From positions 1,984,001 through 2,048,000 of the forward strand of contig OZ059895.1 in the NCBI GenBank assembly GCA_964057225.1: a stretch of 64,000 bases of DNA, given 5' to 3'. Origin of the DNA: Auanema rhodensis. Its lineage: Eukaryota; Animalia; Nematoda. The notes below the pieces were generated by a model. It had not been told where the DNA came from, made no database searches, and saw only the letters and a list, made by a program, of their open reading frames with translations. Every line of letters starts with the position of its first letter. Positions within the stretch are counted from its first letter, which is position 1. This document shows, piece by piece, positions 11,601-26,900 of this stretch. Position numbers and translations under genes: made by a program.

Positions 11601-14600
11601 GATCTGTGTTATCAGATTTGCGCTAGCTTAACAATGCACCGAGATATCAACTGATATAAGTTCACACTTATATCCTCGATTTTCACCCTGAAGAATTAAT
11701 TTTTTCGTTGAATAACATTGTCCATCGTCTTTGCCTTGAAAAAAGGAATCTAAAAACATCTACTTTTTGCTAAATTATTTTGAAATTTTTCGAAAAAATT
11801 TTTGTCAAAATGTTTTTGGAAGCAATGTTGAGTGTACATGGAAACTCAACATACACTAATGCATCATTTTTCAAACGATCATAACTAATTTTTGTATTAA
11901 GCGTTTTTCAATGTAGTATAGTGCATTCGATGCGGATTTTTAAGCTGCGTCGATCTGTGTTATCAGATTTGCGCTAGCTTAACAATGCACCGAGATATCA
12001 ACTGATATAAGTTCACACTTATATCCTCGATTTTCACCCTGAAGAATTAATTTTTTCGTTGAATAACATTGTCCATCGTCTTTGCCTTGAAAAAAGGAAT
12101 CTAAAAACATCTACTTTTTGCTAAATTATTTTGAAATTTTTCGAAAAAATTTTTGTCAAAATGTTTTTGGAAGCAATGTTGAGTGTACATGGAAACTCAA
12201 CATACACTAATGCATCATTTTTCAAACGATTATAACTAATTTTTGTATTAAGCTTTTCTCAATGTAGTATAGTGCATTCGATGCGGATTTTTAAGCTGCG
12301 TCGATCTGTGTTATCAGATTTGCGCTAGCTTAAAAATGCACCGAGATATCAACTGATATAAGTTCACACTTATATCCTCGATTTTCACCCTGAAGAATTA
12401 ATTTTTTCGTTGAATAACATTGTCCATCGTCTTTGCCTTGAAAAAAGGAATCTAAAAACATCTACTTTTTGCTAAATTATTTTGAAATTTTTCGAAAAAA
12501 TTTTTGTCAAAATGTTTTTGGAAGCAATGTTGAGTGTACATGGAAACTCAACATACACTAATGCATCATTTTTCAAACGATCATAACTAATTTTTGTATT
12601 AAGCGTTTTTCAATGTAGTATAGTGCATTCGATGCGGATTTTTAAGCTGCGTCGATCTGTGTTATCAGATTTGCGCTAGCTTAACAATGCACCGAGATAT
12701 CAACTGATATAAGTTCACACTTATATCCTCGATTTTCACCCTGAAGAATTAATTTTTTCGTTGAATAACATTGTTCATCGTCTTTGCCTTGAAAAATGGA
12801 ATCTAAAAACATCTACTTTTGCTAAATTATTTTGAAATTTTTCGAAAAAATTTTTGTCAAAATGTTTTTGGAAGCAATGTTGAGTGTACATGGAAACTCA
12901 ACATACACTAATGCATCATTTTTCAAACGATCATAACTAATTTTTGTATTAAGCGTTTCTCAATGTAGTATAGTGCATTCGATGCGGATTTTTAAGCTGC
13001 GTCGATCTGTGTTATCAGATTTGCGCTAGCTTAAAAATGCACCGAGATATCAACTGATATAAGTTCACACTTATATCCTCGATTTTCACCCTGAAGAATT
13101 AATTTTTTCGTTGAATAACATTGTCCATCGTCTTTGCCTTGAAAAAAGGAATCTAAAAACATCTACTTTTTGCTAAATTATTTTGAAATTTTTCGAAAAA
13201 ATTTTTGTCAAAATGTTTTTGGAAGCAATGTTGAGTGTACATGGAAACTCAACATACACTAATGCATCATTTTTCAAACGATCATAACTAATTTTTGTAT
13301 TAAGCGTTTTTCAATGTAGTATAGTGCATTCGATGCGGATTTTTAAGCTGCGTCGATCTGTGTTATCAGATTTGCGCTAGCTTAACAATGCACCGAGATA
13401 TCAACTGATATAAGTTCACACTTATATCCTCGATTTTCACCCTGAAGAATTAATTTTTTCGTTGAATAACATTGTCCATCGTCTTTGCCTTGAAAAATGG
13501 AATCTAAAAACATCTACTTTTTGCTAAATTATTTTGAAATTTTTCGAAAAAATTTTTGTCAAAATGTTTTTGGAAGCAATGTTGAGTGTACATGGAAACT
13601 CAACATACACTAATGCATCATTTTTCAAACGATTATAACTAATTTTTGTATTAAGCTTTTCTCAATGTAGTATAGTGCATTCGATGCGGATTTTTAAGCT
13701 GCGTCGATCTGTGTTATCAGATTTGCGCTAGCTTAAAAATGCACCGAGATATCAACTGATATAAGTTCACACTTATATCCTCGATTTTCACCCTGAAGAA
13801 TTAATTTTTTCGTTGAATAACATTGTCCATCGTCTTTGCCTTGAAAAATGGAATCTAAAAACATCTACTTTTTGCTAAATTATTTTGAAATTTTTCGAAA
13901 AAATTTTTGTCAAAATGTTTTTGGAAGCAATGTTGAGTGTACATGGAAACTCAACATACACTAATGCATCATTTTTCAAACGATCATAACTAATTTTTGT
14001 ATTAAGCTTTTCTCAATGTAGTATAGTGCATTCGATGCGGATTTTTAAGCTGCGTCGATCTGTGTTATCAGATTTGCGCTAGCTTAACAATGCACCGAGA
14101 TATCAACTGATATAAGTTCACACTTATATCCTCGATTTTCACCCTGAAGAATTAATTTTTTCGTTGAATAACATTGTCCATCGTCTTTGCCTTGAAAAAT
14201 GGAATCTAAAAACATCTACTTTTTGCTAAATTATTCTGAAATTTTTCGAAAAAATTTTTGTCAAAATGTTTTTGGAAGCAATGTTGAGTGTACATGGAAA
14301 CTCAACATACACTAATGCATCATTTTTCAAACGATTATAACTAATTTTTGTATTAAGCTTTTCTCAATGTAGTATAGTGCATTCGATGCGGATTTTTAAG
14401 CTGCGTCGATCTGTGTTATCAGATTTGCGCTAGCTTAAAAATGCACCGAGATATCAACTGATATAAGTTCACACTTATATCCTCGATTTTCACCCTGAAG
14501 AATTAATTTTTTCGTTGAATAACATTGTCCATCGTCTTTGCCTTGAAAAATGGAATCTAAAAACATCTACTTTTTGCTAAATTATTTTGAAATTTTTCGA

Positions 14601-17399
14601 AAAAATTTTTGTCAAAATGTTTTTGGAAGCAATGTTGAGTGTACATGGAAACTCAACATACACTAATGCATCATTTTTCAAACGATCATAACTAATTTTT
14701 GTATTAAGCTTTTCTCAATGTAGTATAGTGCATTCGATGCGGATTTTTAAGCTGCGTCGATCTGTGTTATCAGATTTGCGCTAGCTTAAAAATGCACCGA
14801 GATATCAACTGATATAAGTTCACACTTATATCCTCGATTTTCACCCTGAAGAATTAATTTTTTCGTTGAATAACATCGTCCATCGTCTTTGCCTTGAAAA
14901 ATGGAATCTAAAAACATCTACTTTTTGCTAAATTATTTTGAAATTTTTCGAAAAAATTTTTGTCAAAATGTTTTTGGAAGCAATGTTGAGTGTACATGGA
15001 AACTCAACATACACTAATGCATCATTTTTCAAACGATCATAACTAATTTTTGTATTAAGCTTTTCTCAATGTAGTATAGTGCATTCGATGCGGATTTTTA
15101 AGCTGCGTCGATCTGTGTTATCAGATTTGCGCTAGCTTAAAAATGCACCGAGATATCAACTGATATAAGTTCACACTTATATCCTCGATTTTCACCCTGA
15201 AGAATTAATTTTTTCGTTGAATAACATCGTCCATCGTCTTTGCCTTGGAAAATGGAATCTAAAAACATCTACTTTTTGCTAAATTATTTTGAAATTTTTC
15301 GAAAAAATTTTTGTCAAAATGTTTTTGGAAGCAATGTTGAGTGTACATGGAAACTCAACATACACTAATGCATCATTTTTCAAACGATTATAACTAATTT
15401 TTGTATTAAGCTTTTCTCAATGTAGTATAATGCATTCGATGCGGATTTTTAAGCTGCGTCGATCTGTGTTATCAGATTTGCGCTAGCTTAAAAATGCACC
15501 GAGATATCAACTGATATAAGTTCACACTTATATCCTCGATTTTCACCCTGAAGAATTAATTTTTTCGTTGAATAACATTGTCCATCGTCTTTGCCTTGAA
15601 AAATGGAATCTAAAAACATCTACTTTTTGCTAAATTATTTTGAAATTTTTCGAAAAAATTTTTGTCAAAATGTTTTTGGAAGCAATGTTGAGTGTACATG
15701 GAAACTCAACATACACTAATGCATCATTTTTCAAACGATCATAACTAATTTTTGTATTAAGCGTTTCTCAATGTAGTATAGTGCATTCGATGCGGATTTT
15801 TAAGCTGCGTCGATCTGTGTTATCAGATTTGCGCTAGCTTAAAAATGCACCGAGATATCAACTGATATAAGTTCACACTTATATCCTCGATTTTCACCCT
15901 GAAGAATTAATTTTTTCGTTGAATAACATTGTCCATCGTCTTTGCCTTGAAAAATGGAATCTAAAAACATCTACTTTTTGCTAAATTATTTTGAAATTTT
16001 TCGAAAAAATTTTTGTCAAAATGTTTTTGGAAGCAATGTTGAGTGTACATGGAAACTCAACATACACTAATGCATCATTTTTCAAACGATCATAACTAAT
16101 TTTTGTATTAAGCGTTTCTCAATGTAGTATAGTGCATTCGATGCGGATTTTTAAGCTGCGTCGATCTGTGTTATCAGATTTGCGCTAGCTTAAAAATGCA
16201 CCGAGATATCAACTGATATAAGTTCACACTTATATCCTCGATTTTCACCCTGAAGAATTAATTTTTTCGTTGAATAACATCGTCCATCGTCTTTGCCTTG
16301 GAAAATGGAATCTAAAAACATCTACTTTTTGCTAAATTATTTTGAAATTTTTCGAAAAAATTTTTGTCAAAATGTTTTTGGAAGCAATGTTGAGTGTACA
16401 TGGAAACTCAACATACACTAATGCATCATTTTTCAAACGATTATAACTAATTTTTGTATTAAGCTTTTCTCAATGTAGTATAGTGCATTCGATGCGGATT
16501 TTTAAGCTGCGTCGATCTGTGTTATCAGATTTGCGCTAGCTTAAAAATGCACCGAGATATCAACTGATATAAGTTCACACTTATATCCTCGATTTTCACC
16601 CTGAAGAATTAATTTTTTCGTTGAATAACATTGTCCATCGTCTTTGCCTTGAAAAATGGAATCTAAAAACATCTACTTTTTGCTAAATTATTTTGAAATT
16701 TTTCGAAAAAATTTTTGTCAAAATGTTTTTGGAAGCAATGTTGAGTGTACATGGAAACTCAACATACACTAATGCATCATTTTTCAAACGATCATAACTA
16801 ATTTTTGTATTAAGCGTTTCTCAATGTAGTATAGTGCATTCGATGCGGATTTTTAAGCTGCGTCGATCTGTGTTATCAGATTTGCGCTAGCTTAAAAATG
16901 CACCGAGATATCAACTGATATAAGTTCACACTTATATCCTCGATTTTCACCCTGAAGAATTAATTTTTTCGTTGAATAACATCGTCTATCGTCTTTGCCT
17001 TGAAAAATGGAATCTAAAAACATCTACTTTTTGCTAAATTATTTTGAAATTTTTCGAAAAAATTTTTGTCAAAATGTTTTTGGAAGCAATGTTGAGTGTA
17101 CATGGAAACTCAACATACACTAATGCATCATTTTTCAAACGATCATAACTAATTTTTGTATTAAGCGTTTCTCAATGTAGTATAGTGCATTCGATGCGGA
17201 TTTTTAAGCTGCGTCGATCTGTGTTATCAGATTTGCGCTAGCTTAAAAATGCACCGAGATATCAACTGATATAAGTTCACACTTATATCCTCGATTTTCA
17301 CCCTGAAGAATTAATTTTTTCGTTGAATAACATCGTCTATCGTCTTTGCCTTGAAAAATGGAATCTAAAAACATCTACTTTTTGCTAAATTATTTTGAA

Positions 17400-20300
17400 A
17401 TTTTTCGAAAAAATTTTTGTCAAAATGTTTTTGGAAGCAATGTTGAGTGTACATGGAAACTCAACATACACTAATGCATCATTTTTCAAACGATTATAAC
17501 TAATTTTTGTATTAAGCTTTTCTCAATGTAGTATAGTGCATTCGATGCGGATTTTTAAGCTGCGTCGATCTGTGTTATCAGATTTGCGCTAGCTTAAAAA
17601 TGCACCGAGATATCAACTGATATAAGTTCACACTTATATCCTCGATTTTCACCCTGAAGAATTAATTTTTTCGTTGAATAACATTGTCCATCGTCTTTGC
17701 CTTGAAAAATGGAATCTAAAAACATCTACTTTTTGCTAAATTATTTTGAAATTTTTCGAAAAAATTTTTGTCAAAATGTTTTTGGAAGCAATGTTGAGTG
17801 TACATGGAAACTCAACATACACTAATGCATCATTTTTCAAACGATCATAACTAATTTTTGTATTAAGCGTTTCTCAATGTAGTATAGTGCATTCGATGCG
17901 GATTTTTAAGCTGCGTCGATCTGTGTTATCAGATTTGCGCTAGCTTAAAAATGCACCGAGATATCAACTGATATATGTTTACACTTATATCCTCGATTTT
18001 CACCCTGAAGAATTAATTTTTTCGTTGAATAACATTGTCCATCGTCTTTGCCTTGAAAAAAGGAATCTAAAAACATCTACTTTTTGCTAAATTATTTTGA
18101 AATTTTTCGAAAAAATTTTTGTCAAAATGTTTTTGGAAGCAATGTTGAGTGTACGTGGAAACTCAACATACACTAATGCATCATTTTTCAAACGATCATA
18201 ACTAATTTTTGTATTAAGCTTTTCTCAATGTAGTATAGTGCATTCGATGCGGATTTTTAAGCTGCGTCGATCTGTGTTATCAGATTTGCGCTAGCTTAAA
18301 AATGCACCGAGATATCAACTGATATAAGTTCACACTTATATCCTCGATTTTCACCCTGAAGAATTAATTTTTTCGTTGAATAACATTGTCCATCGTCTTT
18401 GCCTTGAAAAATGGAATCTAAAAACATCTACTTTTTGCTAAATTATTTTGAAATTTTTCGAAAAAATTTTTGTCAAAATGTTTTTGGAAGCAATGTTGAG
18501 TGTACATGGAAACTCAACATACACTAATGCATCATTTTTCAAACGATCATAACTAATTTTTGTATTAAGCGTTTCTCAATGTAGTATAGTGCATTCGATG
18601 CGGATTTTTAAGCTGCGTCGATCTGTGTTATCAGATTTGCGCTAGCTTAAAAATGCACCGAGATATCAACTGATATAAGTTCACACTTATATCCTCGATT
18701 TTCACCCTGAAGAATTAATTTTTTCGTTGAATAACATCGTCCATCGTCTTTGCCTTGAAAAATGGAATCTAAAAACATCTACTTTTTGCTAAATTATTTT
18801 GAAATTTTTCGAAAAAATTTTTGTCAAAATGTTTTTGGAAGCAATGTTGAGTGTACATGGAAACTCAACATACACTAATGCATCATTTTTCAAACGATCA
18901 TAACTAATTTTTGTATTAAGCGTTTCTCAATGTAGTATAGTGCATTCGATGCGGATTTTTAAGCTGCGTCGATCTGTGTTATCAGATTTGCGCTAGCTTA
19001 AAAATGCACCGAGATATCAACTGATATAAGTTCACACTTATATCCTCGATTTTCACCCTGAAGAATTAATTTTTTCGTTGAATAACATTGTCCATCGTCT
19101 TTGCCTTGAAAAAAGGAATCTAAAAACATCTACTTTTTGCTAAATTATTTTGAAATTTTTCGAAAAAATTTTTGTCAAAATGTTTTTGGAAGCAATGTTG
19201 AGTGTACATGGAAACTCAACATACACTAATGCATCATTTTTCAAACGATTATAACTAATTTTTGTATTAAGCTTTTCTCAATGTAGTATAGTGCATTCGA
19301 TGCGGATTTTTAAGCTGCGTCGATCTGTGTTATCAGATTTGCGCTAGCTTAAAAATGCACCGAGATATCAACTGATATAAGTTCACACTTATATCCTCGA
19401 TTTTCACCCTGAAGAATTAATTTTTTCGTTGAATAACATTGTCCATCGTCTTTGCCTTGAAAAATGGAATCTAAAAACATCTACTTTTTGCTAAATTATT
19501 TTGAAATTTTTCGAAAAAATTTTTGTCAAAATGTTTTTGGAAGCAATGTTGAGTGTACATGGAAACTCAACATACACTAATGCATCATTTTTCAAACGAT
19601 CATAACTAATTTTTGTATTAAGCGTTTCTCAATGTAGTATAGTGCATTCGATGCGGATTTTTAAGCTGCGTCGATCTGTGTTATCAGATTTGCGCTAGCT
19701 TAAAAATGCACCGAGATATCAACTGATATATGTTTACACTTATATCCTCGATTTTCACCCTGAAGAATTAATTTTTTCGTTGAATAACATTGTCCATCGT
19801 CTTTGCCTTGAAAAAAGGAATCTAAAAACATCTACTTTTTGCTAAATTATTTTGAAATTTTTCGAAAAAATTTTTGTCAAAATGTTTTTGGAAGCAATGT
19901 TGAGTGTACGTGGAAACTCAACATACACTAATGCATCATTTTTCAAACGATCATAACTAATTTTTGTATTAAGCTTTTCTCAATGTAGTATAGTGCATTC
20001 GATGCGGATTTTTAAGCTGCGTCGATCTGTGTTATCAGATTTGCGCTAGCTTAAAAATGCACCGAGATATCAACTGATATAAGTTCACACTTATATCCTC
20101 GATTTTCACCCTGAAGAATTAATTTTTTCGTTGAATAACATTGTCCATCGTCTTTGCCTTGAAAAATGGAATCTAAAAACATCTACTTTTTGCTAAATTA
20201 TTTTGAAATTTTTCGAAAAAATTTTTGTCAAAATGTTTTTGGAAGCAATGTTGAGTGTACATGGAAACTCAACATACACTAATGCATCATTTTTCAAACG

Positions 20301-20900
20301 ATCATAACTAATTTTTGTATTAAGCGTTTCTCAATGTAGTATAGTGCATTCGATGCGGATTTTTAAGCTGCGTCGATCTGTGTTATCAGATTTGCGCTAG
20401 CTTAAAAATGCACCGAGATATCAACTGATATAAGTTCACACTTATATCCTCGATTTTCACCCTGAAGAATTAATTTTTTCGTTGAATAACATCGTCCATC
20501 GTCTTTGCCTTGAAAAATGGAATCTAAAAACATCTACTTTTTGCTAAATTATTTTGAAATTTTTCGAAAAAATTTTTGTCAAAATGTTTTTGGAAGCAAT
20601 GTTGAGTGTACATGGAAACTCAACATACACTAATGCATCATTTTTCAAACGATCATAACTAATTTTTGTATTAAGCGTTTCTCAATGTAGTATAGTGCAT
20701 TCGATGCGGATTTTTAAGCTGCGTCGATCTGTGTTATCAGATTTGCGCTAGCTTAAAAATGCACCGAGATATCAACTGATATAAGTTCACACTTATATCC
20801 TCGATTTTCACCCTGAAGAATTAATTTTTTCGTTGAATAACATTGTCCATCGTCTTTGCCTTGAAAAAAGGAATCTAAAAACATCTACTTTTTGCTAAAT
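17400..20900. repeat. Tandem duplication of a 5-monomer unit (1755 bp); ends approximate
   Basis: Private variant m76T at 17976 and 19731 (1755 apart); neighbouring monomers match at m80, 136, 161, 255, 297 and 320. Confidence 0.85.
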
Positions 20901-23900
20901 TATTTTGAAATTTTTCGAAAAAATTTTTGTCAAAATGTTTTTGGAAGCAATGTTGAGTGTACATGGAAACTCAACATACACTAATGCATCATTTTTCAAA
21001 CGATCATAACTAATTTTTGTATTAAGCGTTTTTCAATGTAGTATAGTGCATTCGATGCGGATTTTTAAGCTGCGTCGATCTGTGTTATCAGATTTGCGCT
21101 AGCTTAACAATGCACCGAGATATCAACTGATATAAGTTCACACTTATATCCTCGATTTTCACCCTGAAGAATTAATTTTTTCGTTGAATAACATTGTCCA
21201 TCGTCTTTGCCTTGAAAAATGGAATCTAAAAACATCTACTTTTTGCTAAATTATTTTGAAATTTTTCGAAAAAATTTTTGTCAAAATGTTTTTGGAAGCA
21301 ATGTTGAGTGTACATGGAAACTCAACATACACTAATGCATCATTTTTCAAACGATCATAACTAATTTTTGTATTAAGCGTTTCTCAATGTAGTATAGTGC
21401 ATTCGATGCGGATTTTTAAGCTGCGTCGATCTGTGTTATCAGATTTGCGCTAGCTTAACAATGCACCGAGATATCAACTGATATAAGTTCACACTTATAT
21501 CCTCGATTTTCACCCTGAAGAATTAATTTTTTCGTTGAATAACATCGTCCATCGTCTTTGCCTTGAAAAATGGAATCTAAAAACATCTACTTTTTGCTAA
21601 ATTATTTTGAAATTTTTCGAAAAAATTTTTGTCAAAATGTTTTTGGAAGCAATGTTGAGTGTACATGGAAACTCAACATACACTAATGCATCATTTTTCA
21701 AACGATCATAACTAATTTTTGTATTAAGCTTTTCTCAATGTAGTATAGTGCATTCGATGCGGATTTTTAAGCTGCGTCGATCTGTGTTATCAGATTTGCG
21801 CTAGCTTAAAAATGCACCGAGATATCAACTGATATAAGTTCACACTTATATCCTCGATTTTCACCCTGAAGAATTAATTTTTTCGTTGAATAACATTGTC
21901 CATCGTCTTTGCCTTGAAAAATGGAATCTAAAAACATCTACTTTTTGCTAAATTATTTTGAAATTTTTCGAAAAAATTTTTGTCAAAATGTTTTTGGAAG
22001 CAATGTTGAGTGTACATGGAAACTCAACATACACTAATGCATCATTTTTCAAACGATCATAACTAATTTTTGTATTAAGCTTTTCTCAATGTAGTATAGT
22101 GCATTCGATGCGGATTTTTAAGCTGCGTCGATCTGTGTTATCAGATTTGCGCTAGCTTAAAAATGCACCGAGATATCAACTGATATAAGTTTACACTTAT
22201 ATCCTCGATTTTCACCCTGAAGAATTAATTTTTTCGTTGAATAACATTGTCCATCGTCTTTGCCTTGAAAAAAGGAATCTAAAAACATCTACTTTTTGCT
22301 AAATTATTTTGAAATTTTTCGAAAAAATTTTTGTCAAAATGTTTTTGGAAGCAATGTTGAGTGTACATGGAAACTCAACATACACTAATGCATCATTTTT
22401 CAAACGATCATAACTAATTTTTGTATTAAGCGTTTCTTAATGTAGTATAGTGCATTCGATGCGGATTTTTAAGCTGCGTCGATCTGTGTTATCAGATTTG
22501 CGCTAGCTTAAAAATGCACCGAGATATCAACTGATATAAGTTCACACTTATATCCTCGATTTTCACCCTGAAGAATTAATTTTTTCGTTGAATAACATCG
22601 TCCATCGTCTTTGCCTTGAAAAATGGAATCTAAAAACATCTACTTTTTGCTAAATTATTTTGAACTTTTTCGAAAAAATTTTTGTCAAAATGTTTTTGGA
22701 AGCAATGTTGAGTGTACATGGAAACTCAACATACACTAATGCATCATTTTTCAAACGATCATAACTAATTTTTGTATTAAGCGTTTCTCAATGTAGTATA
22801 GTGCATTCGATGCGGATTTTTAAGCTGCGTCGATCTGTGTTATCAGATTTGCGCTAGCTTAAAAATGCACCGAGATATCAACTGATATAAGTTTACACTT
22901 ATATCCTCGATTTTCACCCTGAAGAATTAATTTTTTCGTTGAATAACATTGTCCATCGTCTTTGCCTTGAAAAAAGGAATCTAAAAACATCTACTTTTTG
23001 CTAAATTATTTTGAAATTTTTCGAAAAAATTTTTGTCAAAATGTTTTTGGAAGCAATGTTGAGTGTACATGGAAACTCAACATACACTAATGCATCATTT
23101 TTCAAACGATTATAACTAATTTTTGTATTAAGCTTTTCTCAATGTAGTATAGTGCATTCGATGCGGATTTTTAAGCTGCGTCGATCTGTGTTATCAGATT
23201 TGCGCTAGCTTAAAAATGCACCGAGATATCAACTGATATAAGTTCACACTTATATCCTCGATTTTCACCCTGAAGAATTAATTTTTTCGTTGAATAACAT
23301 TGTCCATCGTCTTTGCCTTGAAAAATGGAATCTAAAAACATCTACTTTTTGCTAAATTATTTTGAAATTTTTCGAAAAAATTTTTGTCAAAATGTTTTTG
23401 GAAGCAATGTTGAGTGTACATGGAAACTCAACATACACTAATGCATCATTTTTCAAACGATTATAACTAATTTTTGTATTAAGCTTTTCTCAATGTAGTA
23501 TAGTGCATTCGATGCGGATTTTTAAGCTGCGTCGATCTGTGTTATCAGATTTGCGCTAGCTTAAAAATGCACCGAGATATCAACTGATATAAGTTCACAC
23601 TTATATCCTCGATTTTCACCCTGAAGAATTAATTTTTTCGTTGAATAACATCGTCCATCGTCTTTGCCTTGAAAAATGGAATCTAAAAACATCTACTTTT
23701 TGCTAAATTATTTTGAACTTTTTCGAAAAAATTTTTGTCAAAATGTTTTTGGAAGCAATGTTGAGTGTACATGGAAACTCAACATACACTAATGCATCAT
23801 TTTTCAAACGATCATAACTAATTTTTGTATTAAGCGTTTCTCAATGTAGTATAGTGCATTCGATGCGGATTTTTAAGCTGCGTCGATCTGTGTTATCAGA

Positions 23901-26900
23901 TTTGCGCTAGCTTAAAAATGCACCGAGATATCAACTGATATAAGTTCACACTTATATCCTCGATTTTCACCCTGAAGAATTAATTTTTTCGTTGAATAAC
24001 ATTGTCCATCGTCTTTGCCTTGAAAAAAGGAATCTAAAAACATCTACTTTTTGCTAAATTATTTTGAAATTTTTCGAAAAAATTTTTGTCAAAATGTTTT
24101 TGGAAGCAATGTTGAGTGTACATGGAAACTCAACATACACTAATGCATCATTTTTCAAACGATCATAACTAATTTTTGTATTAAGCGTTTTTCAATGTAG
24201 TATAGTGCATTCGATGCGGATTTTTAAGCTGCGTCGATCTGTGTTATCAGATTTGCGCTAGCTTAACAATGCACCGAGATATCAACTGATATAAGTTCAC
24301 ACTTATATCCTCGATTTTCACCCTGAAGAATTAATTTTTTCGTTGAATAACATTGTCCATCGTCTTTGCCTTGAAAAAAGGAATCTAAAAACATCTACTT
24401 TTTGCTAAATTATTTTGAAATTTTTCGAAAAAATTTTTGTCAAAATGTTTTTGGAAGCAATGTTGAGTGTACATGGAAACTCAACATACACTAATGCATC
24501 ATTTTTCAAACGATCATAACTAATTTTTGTATTAAGCGTTTTTCAATGTAGTATAGTGCATTCGATGCGGATTTTTAAGCTGCGTCGATCTGTGTTATCA
24601 GATTTGCGCTAGCTTAACAATGCACCGAGATATCAACTGATATAAGTTCACACTTATATCCTCGATTTTCACCCTGAAGAATTAATTTTTTCGTTGAATA
24701 ACATTGTCCATCGTCTTTGCCTTGAAAAATGGAATCTAAAAACATCTACTTTTTGCTAAATTATTCTGAAATTTTTCGAAAAAATTTTTGTCAAAATGTT
24801 TTTGGAAGCAATGTTGAGTGTACATGGAAACTCAACATACACTAATGCATCATTTTTCAAACGATCATAACTAATTTTTGTATTAAGCGTTTCTCAATGT
24901 AGTATAGTGCATTCGATGCGGATTTTTAAGCTGCGTCGATCTGTGTTATCAGATTTGCGCTAGCTTAAAAATGCACCGAGATATCAACTGATATAAGTTC
25001 ACACTTATATCCTCGATTTTCACCCTGAAGAATTAATTTTTTCGTTGAATAACATTGTCCATCGTCTTTGCCTTGAAAAATGGAATCTAAAAACATCTAC
25101 TTTTTGCTAAATTATTTTGAAATTTTTCGAAAAAATTTTTGTCAAAATGTTTTTGGAAGCAATGTTGAGTGTACATGGAAACTCAACATACACTAATGCA
25201 TCATTTTTCAAACGATCATAACTAATTTTTGTATTAAGCTTTTCTCAATGTAGTATAGTGCATTCGATGCGGATTTTTAAGCTGCGTCGATCTGTGTTAT
25301 CAGATTTGCGCTAGCTTAAAAATGCACCGAGATATCAACTGATATAAGTTCACACTTATATCCTCGATTTTCACCCTGAAGAATTAATTTTTTCGTTGAA
25401 TAACATTGTCCATCGTCTTTGCCTTGAAAAATGGAATCTAAAAACATCTACTTTTTGCTAAATTATTTTGAAATTTTTCGAAAAAATTTTTGTCAAAATG
25501 TTTTTGGAAGCAATGTTGAGTGTACATGGAAACTCAACATACACTAATGCATCATTTTTCAAACGATCATAACTAATTTTTGTATTAAGCTTTTCTCAAT
25601 GTAGTATAGTGCATTCGATGCGGATTTTTAAGCTGCGTCGATCTGTGTTATCAGATTTGCGCTAGCTTAAAAATGCACCGAGATATCAACTGATATAAGT
25701 TCACACTTATATCCTCGATTTTCACCCTGAAGAATTAATTTTTTCGTTGAATAACATCGTCCATCGTCTTTGCCTTGGAAAATGGAATCTAAAAACATCT
25801 ACTTTTTGCTAAATTATTTTGAAATTTTTCGAAAAAATTTTTGTCAAAATGTTTTTGGAAGCAATGTTGAGTGTACATGGAAACTCAACATACACTAATG
25901 CATCATTTTTCAAACGATTATAACTAATTTTTGTATTAAGCTTTTCTCAATGTAGTATAGTGCATTCGATGCGGATTTTTAAGCTGCGTCGATCTGTGTT
26001 ATCAGATTTGCGCTAGCTTAAAAATGCACCGAGATATCAACTGATATAAGTTCACACTTATATCCTCGATTTTCACCCTGAAGAATTAATTTTTTCGTTG
26101 AATAACATTGTCCATCGTCTTTGCCTTGAAAAATGGAATCTAAAAACATCTACTTTTTGCTAAATTATTTTGAAATTTTTCGAAAAAATTTTTGTCAAAA
26201 TGTTTTTGGAAGCAATGTTGAGTGTACATGGAAACTCAACATACACTAATGCATCATTTTTCAAACGATCATAACTAATTTTTGTATTAAGCGTTTCTCA
26301 ATGTAGTATAGTGCATTCGATGCGGATTTTTAAGCTGCGTCGATCTGTGTTATCAGATTTGCGCTAGCTTAAAAATGCACCGAGATATCAACTGATATAA
26401 GTTCACACTTATATCCTCGATTTTCACCCTGAAGAATTAATTTTTTCGTTGAATAACATTGTCCATCGTCTTTGCCTTGAAAAAAGGAATCTAAAAACAT
26501 CTACTTTTTGCTAAATTATTTCGAAATTTTTCGAAAAAATTTTTGTCAAAATGTTTTTGGAAGCAATGTTGAGTGTACATGGAAACTCAACATACACTAA
26601 TGCATCATTTTTCAAACGATCATAACTAATTTTTGTATTAAGCTTTTCTCAATGTAGTATAGTGCATTCGATGCGGATTTTTAAGCTGCGTCGATCTGTG
26701 TTATCAGATTTGCGCTAGCTTAAAAATGCACCGAGATATCAACTGATATAAGTTCACACTTATATCCTCGATTTTCACCCTGAAGAATTAATTTTTTCGT
26801 TGAATAACATCGTCCATCGTCTTTGCCTTGAAAAATGGAATCTAAAAACATCTACTTTTTGCTAAATTATTTTGAAATTTTTCGAAAAAATTTTTGTCAT

